This document shows, in pieces, positions 25,284 to 37,300 of a stretch of DNA of 64,000 nucleotides (the first letter of the stretch is position 1; every line of letters starts with the position of its first letter). The notes under the pieces are model-generated. The model was not told where the DNA came from. It was given only the letters and a program-made list of their open reading frames with translations, and made no database searches. Both the position numbers and the translations under genes were made by a program. Source of the stretch: Azolla caroliniana (lineage: Eukaryota; Plantae; Polypodiophyta); contig JBHGNT010000008.1 of the NCBI GenBank assembly GCA_043228905.1, positions 15,748,001 through 15,812,000 on the forward strand, read 5' to 3'.

Positions 25284-26768
25284 ATATTATATGGTCGTGC
25301 CCGTAATATCCCATGGTAAGTTGTACCGTAGTATTCTACACACGAGGATAACTTACCACGGGATATTATATGGTCATGCTCGTTACACTTCTCGAGCTTC
25401 TGATTTCCGCCTCTTGCTCTCCTTTGGTCAAACCTAGCAACCCTAAACCCAACCAAGAGATTTACAAGAAGTGGTCCAATATCCACTCTTCTACTCAACG
25501 CAAAGAAACCCTAAAGGAAGTAGAGGGAATAATACCCAAACCCTAATAATCGGGGGAGGAAAAAGAGATCCTACTAAAAAATGGATAACTTCCAAAAAGG
25601 AAAAGATGAGTACACAAAAAAAAAAGAACTCAATAGGTCTTTATTTTTTGATTTAGGGTTTCTTCTTCTTATTTCAATTGGTCTTAGGGTTGGTGAGAGT
25701 GGAGTTGGAACATCTCTCCTTCATAGTCTTCTTTTCTTGTTTTGAGTTTTGGTCACCATCATCGAATTGTCGTAGGGTGTTGGGAGTTCAAGCGAAGAAA
25801 GAAAGCTTGGCTATTGATTGAGGAAGGAAGCTCAAAGTGACACAAGGACACTGCATCAACAAAAGGCAGTCTTGTCATTGATCATAGGAGAAGCCTCCTC
25901 AATACTACATACCTTGGAACCTCACTGTTAGCTTAATCACTATACCATCATTACCATCATTACCATCATTCGAGGGAAAAACAAAGCTTGGCTACCAATC
26001 GAGAAAGGAAGCCCAAATCGGCACAAGGCACTACATTAACTGTTGGAGAGGAATGATGGAGGTGGACGAGCTGTTGTTTTTACCTGCAGAGAAATGTCGA
26101 ACAACACACACAGAAGACGGCACACAGAGAAATAGAAAAATACAAACACAACTTTTTGGGGGCACACCGAAACCCTCATTTCTATTGAGTTTTATACCTA
26201 TGCACTAATAGTGAGAAATTACCTTTTTGGCCTTTTTCTCACTATCAATCTCCCACGAAAGGCCAAACAAGGGATTAGCAAAGCTGATGGGACAATTGAA
26301 CAAGACCTACACATCCTACTTGATGAGTATGTTACACAATATACAAAAACAATGTGTAACCTCATGACCTAAGTAATTCCCATCAAGTGGCAAAAATGCT
26401 TTAGCGCATCATGCGGTAGAGCTTTGGTCAATGCATCTGCGGCATTTTCTTGAGAGACAACTTTCTCAAGACTGATGTAGCAAGCAGCAATGCATTCTCG
26501 AATGAAGTGATATCTCACTCCAATGTGCTTGGTCTTTGCATGGTATACTGGGTTTTTAGCCAATGCAATGGCATTCTGACTATCACAAAACAGTATGGGT
26601 ACAAGTTTAGATATGCCCATGTCACACGCTAATCTGGACAGCCATATGGTTTCCTTCAATGCTTCGCTAGCTCCAACATACTCCGCTTCTATAGTGGACA
26701 GGGCAGTACATTTTTGGAGATGAGATCTCCAAGATATCGCACCTCCCATAAATTGAAAAATGTATCCT

Positions 26769-29700
26769 TGTTGAGAGACAAGCTCAACATCGGCCGGATC
26801 GGCTGAAGAAGCCAAGGACCGGATCGGTTGGGACCGATCGGTTAGGCCGAGTGCGTAAATCGGGAGGCCGTTAGGAAAGATATTCCGTGAGGAATATATT
26901 TGGGAGTTAGTGTAGGAGCTCTTAAAGAGCATTGAAGTACAGTCAGTACTTCGGTCAGTCCTTCGAGGACTTGTATAAAAGTGTTCATGGAACACACATA
27001 TGTATAGAGTAGTGAATCGAGATCTTTTGTGGAATATAGTTATTGTGTTTTTCTCTCTATCACTCTCTCTCTGTCTCTCCCGCGTATACTGCGGAGGTGA
27101 GTACACCTCAAGAGCCTTCAAACAATACCTGTCCAGTAAGGGGATCCGACATCAAAAGACCGTTCCCTACACACCCATCCAGAATGGGGTGGCTGAATAG
27201 ATCAACCGAACGATCCAGGAGAGGATGACGACAATGCTCCAGCAAGCTGGACTGAAGCTAGAATTCTGGGCCGAAGCATTGTAGACGACAGTATACTTGA
27301 TAAATCTAGCTTTGTCAAGAGCAATCAAGCTCGAAGTGCCACAAGCACTATGGTCTGGCAAACAACCGACCTATGACATGCTTCGTATATTCGAATGCGA
27401 AGCCTATGCGTTCATCCCTAGGGAGAAAAGGACGAAGTTGGCACCCCATGCAACGAAGTGCATATTTCTCGGTTATGGAATTGATGGGGACTTCGGCTAT
27501 AGGCTATGGGACCCTGAGAACCGGAGATTAATCCGGAGCAGTGACGTGGTCTTCAATGAAGACTCTATCTTCTCTCAACGGAACCAGCAGAAAGCAGTGG
27601 GCAAGAAGGTATCCTTCGAAGACGATCACATCATAGAAGGACTGACCCACCGGGACGAAACAGAGAACCAATAGACAGTTGAACTCGAACTAGTTCACAA
27701 CATCCCAGCAGACACCGAAACGGCAACAAACCCCAATGTCGAACTCAAAGACAAAATCATCAAAGACAGAGCCGAGTCGACAAAGACCGACAAAGGCAGA
27801 GTCAATAAGAGACAAGTCCGGAAAGAGTCGACAACAACTGCAGGGGAGGACGTACAAACACCGCCAAAATCCCAGAACGGGGGGGGGACTCCGAACAAGA
27901 CTCCTGACACACATGGTTCAACAAATACCGATTGTCAAACTGAACTGATCGAAGAATCGGAACAAAATAATTCGGCATCCAGGAGATCTGGACAAGCTCG
28001 AAGGCAAACAGAGTTCTATCGACCGGGCCTCGACTACGTCAACTACAACACGGATGCAGGCGAACCAAGCACGTATGACGAAGTTATGGCTGCACCGGAC
28101 GCCAACACATGGCTACAGGCCATGAAAGGCCATGAAATCCGAAATGGACTCGATTCATCAGAATCAAACATGGGAGCTGATTGAACTACCAGTAGGAAGA
28201 AAGCCGCTACCCTGCAAATGGGTATTCCGATACAAATATGTATCTGACAAAGCTCGGCTTGTCGCAAAAGGATTCAAGAAGGAATACGGGGTTGATTACG
28301 ACGAGATATTCTCACCAGTAGTCAAGATGACCACCCTTCGACTCCTACTAGGAGTTGTTACGACAGAAGACCTAGAGCTAGAGTAGATGGACGTAAAGAC
28401 AACATTCCTACACGGAGATCTAGAAGAAGACATATACATGTCTCAACCGGCAGGCTTCACGGCGATGGGGGAGGATAGTCACCTCATATGCAGACTAAAG
28501 AAAAGTCTATATGGCCTGAAACAAGCGCCGAGGATGTGGTACCAGAAGTTTGACTCCTACATAAGGCAGCTTGGATACAACATATCAGACTCCGACCCAT
28601 GCATGTATGTTCGGCAACTGGCCGACGAGTCCAGGATCTATCTGATCCTATACGTCGACGACGTGCTGATTGCAGGAAGCAATCAAGTAGAGATCGGTAA
28701 GCTCAAGCGGAGCCTTCACGCATAGTTCACGATGAAGGAATTGGGGCAAGCCCGACACATACTGGGCATGAGGATAGAGCAAAATCGGACGACCAAGACT
28801 CTCTGACTCTGATAATCATACTATATCCGCAAAGTGCTGAATCGCTTCAACATGGAGAGTGTGAAGCCAGCACTAACACCGCTTCCGACATCGATCAGAC
28901 TATCGGACAGAGACTCTCCTACTACTGACAAGGAGAGAGAGCTTAATGAAAAGATACCCTACGCATCGGCAATAGGAAGTATCATGTACGCAATGGTGGC
29001 GACCCGACCCGACCTAGCTTACGCCGTAGCAGTGGTCAACCGGTACATGTCAAACCCAAGAAAGAAGGATTGGGAGGCCGTCAAGCACATCCTAAGGTAT
29101 CTGAAAGGAACCTTGGATGCACAACTGACTTTCAGATTGACAACCTCAACAGAAGTCGAAGGCTACACCAATTCCGACTATGCTGGTAACATAGACAATC
29201 AGAAATCAACGTCAGGCTACATCTTCACCTATGGTGGCAGTGCGATATCATGGAGGTCGAAAATTCAAGAGTGCACGGCTTTGTCTACCATAGAGGCCGA
29301 GTACATAGCAACATCGGAAGTGGCAAAGGAAGCGATCTGGCTGCACCAACTATCTGCACATTTCGGAACCAAGAGCCGAACTGACCGATCAACACTGACC
29401 ATCCATTGTGACTCACAGAGCGCAATACACCTCATCAACAATCCCGTCAATCATGCGAAGACGAAGCACATTGAGGTGCGGTATCATCATATTTGGGAGC
29501 TCGTGACAGAGAAGAAACTCGAAGTTCGGAAGATCGACACTGAGGTGTGTTGTCCATAGGCCAGAAATATAAATACATTATGTAAACTCGCCGTTAGGTA
29601 GAAGAGTAGGTGAGGAAATAGATAGCCGTGTTTTAGCCCTCACAATCAGCCGATGGCTCGGCTCTGTCTCAAGAGGAAAACTATATAACCCGAGTTATGC

Positions 29701-32700
29701 ATAACTCAAGGGGGGATTATCTAGATCATTCTTAACGAGAGTAATATCCTAGCATCAAGCTCTGTACGAACTGTTTCCGGCTAAGAGCCGAGTACTGTAA
29801 TCACTATGAGCTTTATCATTTAATATAAGTTTCGTTTTGTTCTAATCTTCTATCTGTGTATTCTCCCCGTACTCATAAATCGAGCTACGTTTATACCTAA
29901 CAGGTTGTAGCCCATGTACGCTCCTCATTCTCCTTTCTTTTCCCCCGTGTAGAAGAGGCTTCCACGTAACACGATCCATTGACACCGATAGCCTGTTGGC
30001 TCATCGAAGGTGTTCCCCCAGAAACGGTTAACGCAATTTGGCACGCCCGGTTATAGCTGTAAGATCATAGCGAACTACGTTGGAAGCAAACCCCAGCCGC
30101 CATTACGGTGCCCAATCGCATCACACGGTCTCAGCCACCTTCCCGACCCCCTGAGCCAGTCGAAGGAACTTCCGACTCGGCGGTCACTGACCAATCATTC
30201 CAGGAACTATCGGAGGCTCACCAGGTGCAATCCTCGCCACCCGATACCCAGTCACGAGTTGATTCCGCACCAACATCCCCGCCGAGCCCTCCAGAGGTCA
30301 CCCAACCTGACCCTAACCCTTTTTCGGCTTTACCCGAGGACCCGGATCTCGATACCATGCCTTACCCTTACCCACGATATACCGACGGCCCCGATGCGGA
30401 ATCACACACCCGGGCGTTCTTATCCACATGGCAGGCCAACCACTCGATGCAGTGGTTATCGGCTGCCGAAATCGAGGCCTCCAAAATCGCGGAATTTGCT
30501 TTATCCCTCGTTGGCCCGGCTGCTCGATGGTACTCCCGCCTCGACATGGGGGAAGTGACAACATTCTAGGACGTCCGGACAAAGTTCCTAGAATTATTTC
30601 ACTGCCAAGTTCCGAAGCAGGAACTACTTCGGCAATTCTTTTCCATGAGCCAAGAACCTCACGAGACGGTCGCCCAGTTCACGATCCGGTTTCAGGATCT
30701 CTACCAACAACTGGCCGACGATGTCTCCGCTCATCACATTCCGGATACCTTCCTGTCCAGCCTACGGGAGCCTCTATGGACGACTCTCACACTTACAAAT
30801 TTCTCCAACCAAACTATCAAGCAAGTCATCGCACGCGTCCTCGCCATGGATCGGACACAACATAACACTGTTTTCTCCATGGGCTCTTTGCAAAGCTCCC
30901 TTCCTCAGGAGGACAATCATTTCCAACAAGCCCTCCAATGCACGGCCTGCTCTGGCTTAGGCCATCTGGCTCTTGAGGGCCCTCACCGGCCACACTGCCC
31001 AATATGTCAGTCCCGAGCTCACACGATCGAACAATGTGTGTACAACATGCTCAACCGCATAATGACGGCTCCGGTTCACCAGATCGGGCTGCGCAATACA
31101 TACTCCCGGCAAGATGAACGTCAATCATACCGACATCGGGCAAACGAGCGACCACGATCCCCGGATCGCTAGCGCTGCGATGACGACTACCATCATCCCA
31201 ACGACCGGTACCGCCACAACAATCGCAGGAGATCATACGACCATGACCAGTACCACGACGACCAATATAGAGCGAATGATGAGTACGATCGGTATGACAA
31301 CAACCGGGAGGACCGGTACGATCAGCGGTATTCACGAAACGATCAACAAAACTCTTATAGAGGTCCGAGGAACAATCAACGTCAGAACGACAATCGTCGT
31401 CGGGACCCCCCTCCAAACGCCCCGCACATCGCACACCGCGCCACGGGCCAACACGCCTACCCAAGCGGCTGGGAACCAATCACAATCCTTCCCACACATT
31501 GAGCACGGTGACACCAGCAACTCGGCATCCGTTATCTGCTTTAAGTGTAACCAACCCGGCCACTACGCTACCCAATGCCCAACCACGGAACCGGTTGTGA
31601 ATACTGTTATGGCCGATGTCCAAGACGTCACTACAAGTAGCAAGACCCACTCCAGCCAATGGCAAGAACAAGATGACATCTGACAAGCAACCAAGGAATG
31701 GATTGAGACCGCCAATAAAAGCAACGTGGCACGGATGCACACAGAGATGCGGTACGTGACCATCGACGCACCACCGGTCACAGGACCATCCGCCATGGCA
31801 GAAGATGACCATCTATGGGAAGCCCTTACAAGCGCTAGGATCTCGCTGCCATTACATAAGTTGTTACCGCTCATGCAACGCTTTCGGGATACCGTGGCTA
31901 AGCTCACGGCTAACGACATATCCTAGCAGGTAAAAGCATCAAAGCTCGAGTCACTGAACCTCGGCTCAGACGAGAACCCGCGGACACTTCAAATTGCTAA
32001 TAACTTACCAACCGACGAACGGCCAACCCTGACACGCCTGCTCACGGAATATCATGATGTATTCGCTTGCTCTTACACTGATATGAAGGGATTGGATCCC
32101 CCAATGTTACCAACACCAAGTACACCTAGTACCAGACACTCGGCCGATCCAACAACGACGGTACCGTATGAACCCCAACTACGCGGCTAAGGTCAAAGAG
32201 GAAATTGAGAAAATCCTTCGAGTAGGCTTTATACGCCTAGTAAAAAGAGCCACATGGTTAAGCCCAATCGTCGTGGTCCCCAAGAAAAACGGGAAAATCC
32301 GCGTTTGCGTTGATTACCGCAAACTCAATGCTACGACAGTCACGGATGAGTTTCCTCTTCCGTTCATGGATAGTGTCCTCGACACGGTGGCTGGTCATGA
32401 ATGCTACAGTTTCCTCGATGGGTTCAGTGGCTATAATCAAATGCGAATGCACTGGTGCCGATATGGATGCCCAATCGAGCTCATTAGTGACCAAGGCTGG
32501 CATTTTCTAAACCACATAATTCACGAACTCACTACACACTATGCGGTCATACATAAGAAAAGTACGCCGTACTATCCACAAGCAAACGGATTGGCGGAGT
32601 CGACTAATAAAATTTTGCAAACAATCCTGAAAAAGATCATCAATGAGAACCACACCGATTGGGATGACAAGTGCCAGAGTGCATTATGGGCGTATCGCAC

Positions 32701-34309
32701 CACATTCAAAACTAGCATTCAATCTACACCCTTTCGGACGGCCTTTGGTTTGGAAGCAGTCATGCCGATCGAGTTCCAAGTTCCGAGTCAGGACGCTTGG
32801 AGACAGGACATGGACGAAACGGTAGCTCAGGTCACCAAACGTTATGAGCAAACAATCGCGCTCATCACCGAAAAAGCAAAAGATAATCAAGCTACTTTAG
32901 CCAAGAAGAAGCCAAGGCCGCAAGGGAAGAAGTGGAAGTTCACCGAGGTAGCATCGGCATGGACGATACTAAAATCAAGATCCTGATCAACAAGTATCGC
33001 CAACAATTCACCAAGAAGATCAAGGAAATGCTTGACCATGTCTGGCAGGAGTGGTCAGCCCAAGCCGCAGACCTACACATACTACGCGCGGATGCCAAGA
33101 ACCGATGGAAGGAGGCCCGAGGGTTTTACAAAACGGATGACACCAGCATCCAAACCCTCCGTGAAGACTTGACTGAGGAATATCATACCTTAGCAACATC
33201 CCACACCGCATCCATCAAGCAACTTTTAGAGGAATTCAACAACGATCTAATGGTGTTTCGCTTAGAAGCCGAAGCTTACGAGGAGGAACGCTTAGCTACC
33301 GGGACTAACAGAGCTCCCATGACCAACGAGTAGGGAACCGAGCCGCCCACCACGAAAGCCAGACTGGAGGAACCTGCCCATACAGACCCCCACATTCCAC
33401 CCGAGCCACAAACTACAACCACGACCTTGCCTGAATCGGTACCAACAGAGGGCGGCGCACACTACGACACATCCATCCCCGATTCAGCAATAAAACCTCC
33501 ATCACCAACCCCACCTTCCGAGCAGCCAGACCAACCCCACGCTCCCGAGGATATCCTCGGCATATTAGAAGAGGAGTAAAACAAACCTATCAACCCTTGT
33601 ATAAACGAGCAATTTTTGGAATTTGTTTTGCCAAATCCATGGTTACCCCTCCACATTGTGAACCGTGGGTCCGACGGACAAATTCCTATCCCACGGGCGT
33701 GCCAGGTGTTGTCCATAGGCCAGAAATATAAATACATTACGTAAACTCGTCGTTAGGTAGAAGAGTAGGTGAGGAAATAGATAGCCGTGTTTTAGCCCTC
33801 ACAATCAGCCGATGGCTCGGCTCTGTCTCAAGAGGAAAACTATATAACCCGAGTTATGCATAACTCAAGGGGGGATTATCTAAATCATTCTAAGCGAGAG
33901 TAATATCCTAACAGCAAGCTCTATACGAACTGTTTCCGGCTGAGAGCCAAGTACTGTAATCACTATGAGCTTTATCATTTAATATAAGTTTCATTTTATT
34001 CTAATCTTCTATCTGTGTATTCTCCCCATACTCATAAATCGAGCTACGTTTATACCTAACAGGTTGTAGCCCATGTACGCTCCTCGTTCTCCTTTCTTTT
34101 CCCCCGTGTAGAAGAGGCTTCCACGTAACACGATCCATTGACACCGATAGCATGTGGGTTCATCGAAGGTGTTCCCCCAGAAACAGTTAACAAGGTGAAC
34201 ATCGCCGATTGCCTGACAAAGTCACTCCCAAATCAACGCTTTGGAGCACTAAGGACGAAGATGGGACTACGACAAGTGACCGAACGAGGAGCAGAAGGTA
34301 AAAATTGAT
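26769..34309 (+). mobile_element. Copia element B, degenerate: partial 5' LTR fused to integrase, then RT and RNase H, split by Gypsy C
   Basis: TGTTGAGAG start interrupts the RNase H of A. The LTR-like segment runs directly into GGEYTS...QNGVAE. RT (LYVDD) and RNase H carry stops and frameshifts. The reading frame KIDTEV|NIADCLTK resumes after 34197. Confidence 0.85.
29548..34192 (+). mobile_element. Ty3/Gypsy element C (non-chromovirus-like), internally deleted
   Basis: 486-bp LTRs 29548-30033 and 33707-34192 (about 19 differences by eye). TSD AGGTG. PBS TGGCACGCCCGGT (tRNA-Arg UCU type) at 30039. Broken gag with zinc knuckles. RT start (WLSPIVVVPKKNGKIRVCVDYR, LDGFSGYNQ) is fused to the integrase core (ISDQG, YYPQANGLAE). 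No PPT. Confidence 0.93.
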
Positions 34310-37300
34310 TGATGATCATGTCACGCCTTTGCCGACTCGGCTGCATGCCGACAAACTTGTAAATATTAAATCTAGGTAAATTTGTAATCTAGGTTTACGG
34401 GGGAGATAAACCCCAAAACATTTGTATATACTAAAAAGAGTAGTCCTTTTACGGGGGAGTTTGTTGGTATAAAAGGCTGACTCCTTCCAAGTTGTATCCA
34501 TTCGAGTGTGAACTCGTTAATAAGTTAGGGCTTAGTATATAAGCGAAGACCTAACATTGTAATAGATGACGAAGAGCATTGTAATCTCTGAGTGAGAAAC
34601 GCATTGTGAATAATTGAGAAGTTTTCCATTCGAGCTCAAATCTGTGTAAGTCTCAAATATGTCATATTTCTGTTTTTGTCCATACGTTGTCGTGAAGAAT
34701 TTCGGCCAGAGGCGGAAACCGGGAAACATTGGCTACCTCAGCGGGGTGCAGCGTGTGTACGCACCCATGTACATTTAGTGTGAATAACGAGGGGCCTTTA
34801 TGGCGCCGAAGAGTAGTCAAGTCGGGACAGACGATCCCATGTAAGTCGGGATTTCTCCCACATTGTAACGCATCCCTTTCCTTGTTCTATAAAAGGAAGG
34901 GAACGCCCTTTGTGAAAGGGTTGCCCATTTTGCTTTAGAGGGTATACCGTTAGGTTTAGAGTTAGTTTCTTCTTCTTCTTCTTCTTCTTCTTCTCCTTCG
35001 TGTTCGCTTAGGGTTTGCTTCAGCTCATCTCCTGTGCAAGACCCCGCTTGGTGCGACGAGCCCGTGAGCTCCCCGACGGCGGCTTGGCAGCTGACGACTA
35101 CTGTAACCTGCCTTGGAACGGCTCGAAGCCGGGAATGTATTCTTCTTTTTATATACATATATACGTTTGCGTCTGTCTGTGTATATTCGCGTCTTCGTTG
35201 GTGTCGGGTGCTTCCCCTTTCCTGCACTTCCTGTACTTAAGGGTGTGAGTCGGGTTGGCATGTGTGTGTGTGTGTGTGTGTGTGAGTGTGCCTGAGTCGG
35301 TGTTAAGCACGTGCTCTCTCTCTCTCTCTCTCCCTTCGGTTGCTTCCGGTGTGCTTCTGGGATGCCCCGGAAACGGTGAAGCACGACTTCCTACGCTCCA
35401 TCACTCCCTAGTCCAAGACCCCCGTGGTCCCGCCTTTCTCCATGCACGCGCGTAACAACGCAACATATTTGGTGAACCCGACATGAAAGGCGGCAAGGGA
35501 GGATGGAGTCGGAATATGACGACCTTGCGGACATGGTGGCCGAAGTGGTGTTGGAGTTGGCACAAGTGGTGATGAGGCGAGAAGCAGCGCAACAGGTGGT
35601 TGAGCGAGTGGTCGAAAGAGTCGGCCGTTTCAACGGGGACAAAGTCCCATCTTTCTTGGAAGCCTACAACGTGGAAATGGAGGAGCGTGACGTAGACGAG
35701 GTGTTGAGGCTGGAGTTCTTCTGTCGGGTCGTGGCTATCCGGATGCATGCAGAAATAAAGGAGCTCCATGAGGCTCATAGTTCGTGGGAGGCCTTCGAAG
35801 AGGCGCTCCTGAAGGCATAAGGAGGACGGCGGAAGAGCCGGGGACGACACGACTTTGACCAGTGGGTAGCATCGGCAAAGACCCACCGGGGCGCGACCAA
35901 GGCGTTCCGAGAGTTCGAGCGACGGCTTGCTCGACTCCCGGAGCGGGAACAAGGTTTGGTGGGGGCGGACAAGGTCCTATTGTTCGTCAGGTCGATCGAC
36001 CGAACGGAACGGGAGGCCATCGGGATTGAGCTCGAAGACGATGATGGAGCGAATGGGCTTACGAAGGACTGGTCGAAGGTCGGAAGGGTGTGCCAACGGC
36101 TAGACAACGAGCGAGCCAAGAAGGCTAAGAGGAAGGGACGCGACGGCGTGCCATCACAGCGGGAAGAGGCCGAACGGCAAAGAGAGTCGGCAAGGGTCGG
36201 TGTTGGGGCCAGGATTGCGGAGGCGTACGCAGCTCTCGAGGCGATGCTCGAGGAAGAGGAAAGATCAAGGCCGCAAGCCGAGACTGAGGAGACGGACCTG
36301 CCCCACGCGACGGCGGAAGATAGGTACCACGGTACCACGGGAGAGGGCGCGAAACAAAACGCCCTCTCGACTTGCAGAGATAGAACGGCCGAGGACGAGG
36401 CCGAGATACCGATCGCGGGATCGGAACGTTGGGACCAGCGGTTTCGGGCGTGTCAGCCCGAGATCCCGGAAATCGGAGAAGCAAGCCCAGGCGGGGCTTG
36501 CGCGATCGGTAAGAAGACGACCGCCGACCACGGAGAGTCGGTGGCTACGGACAAAAGCGTAAAACGGACGGGCGATTCTTTGTGCCTTCCCACACTTGCT
36601 CCCGAGACGATGGCAGTCGGGCCCGAGTGCCCAGGTAAGTCCCAAGCGGAGGAAGGCGGCGGCGATGGACCAAGAATCACCGATGAGACGATACGGGGAA
36701 GGAACGGACGAAAGCCCACGGACCCGATTCCGGAGAACTCGGCATTCGGGCCCGTATGCCCATGTAAGACCGAGGAGATGGATGGCGATACCGAGGAGTC
36801 CTGGCACGATGCCAGCGAAGTCGAATGGAAAACGGCCTGCGAGGAGGCTGAGGACGGACGCGGCACGAGGAGATCGGCATTCCGATACGGATGGAGCGTA
36901 ATCCGGTCATGGATCGTTCGATTGGGGCCGGATTCGGCATGAAAGTGCCGATACGAAAGGGGGTGCGGGACGAGCTGCCCTCTTTTACATGGGGAGAAAG
37001 ACCGACCGGGCGAAGGTCAAGATTTGGAAAGAGAATGAAAGCCGGTCCTATGGGATTCCTTACGCCGATCCAGCTGCAGGCCTGAGTGCCGGCGTGAGTC
37101 CTATAAGAGAGATCGGTGGCGACAGGAGAACGGGACTCGGCAATCCGGAGAAGGACAAACGGACCTGGACGAGAACCGGGCGGAGCGAACTCCCGGATGA
37201 CCATTCCGGGAGGGAGGAAGAGAGCAGGCCTACGAAGAGGCCGAGGACACGGTACGTCGGTACCATGGGAGAGGGTGCAGAACAAAACGCCCTCTTGGCA

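Noticed and set aside
30039-33704. Self-priming by pairing of the 5' PBS with the 3' inverted site (11 bp possible in C) as the general explanation
   Set aside because: In element F the two sites share only TGGC, so such pairing cannot explain both elements. It remains possible for C alone.
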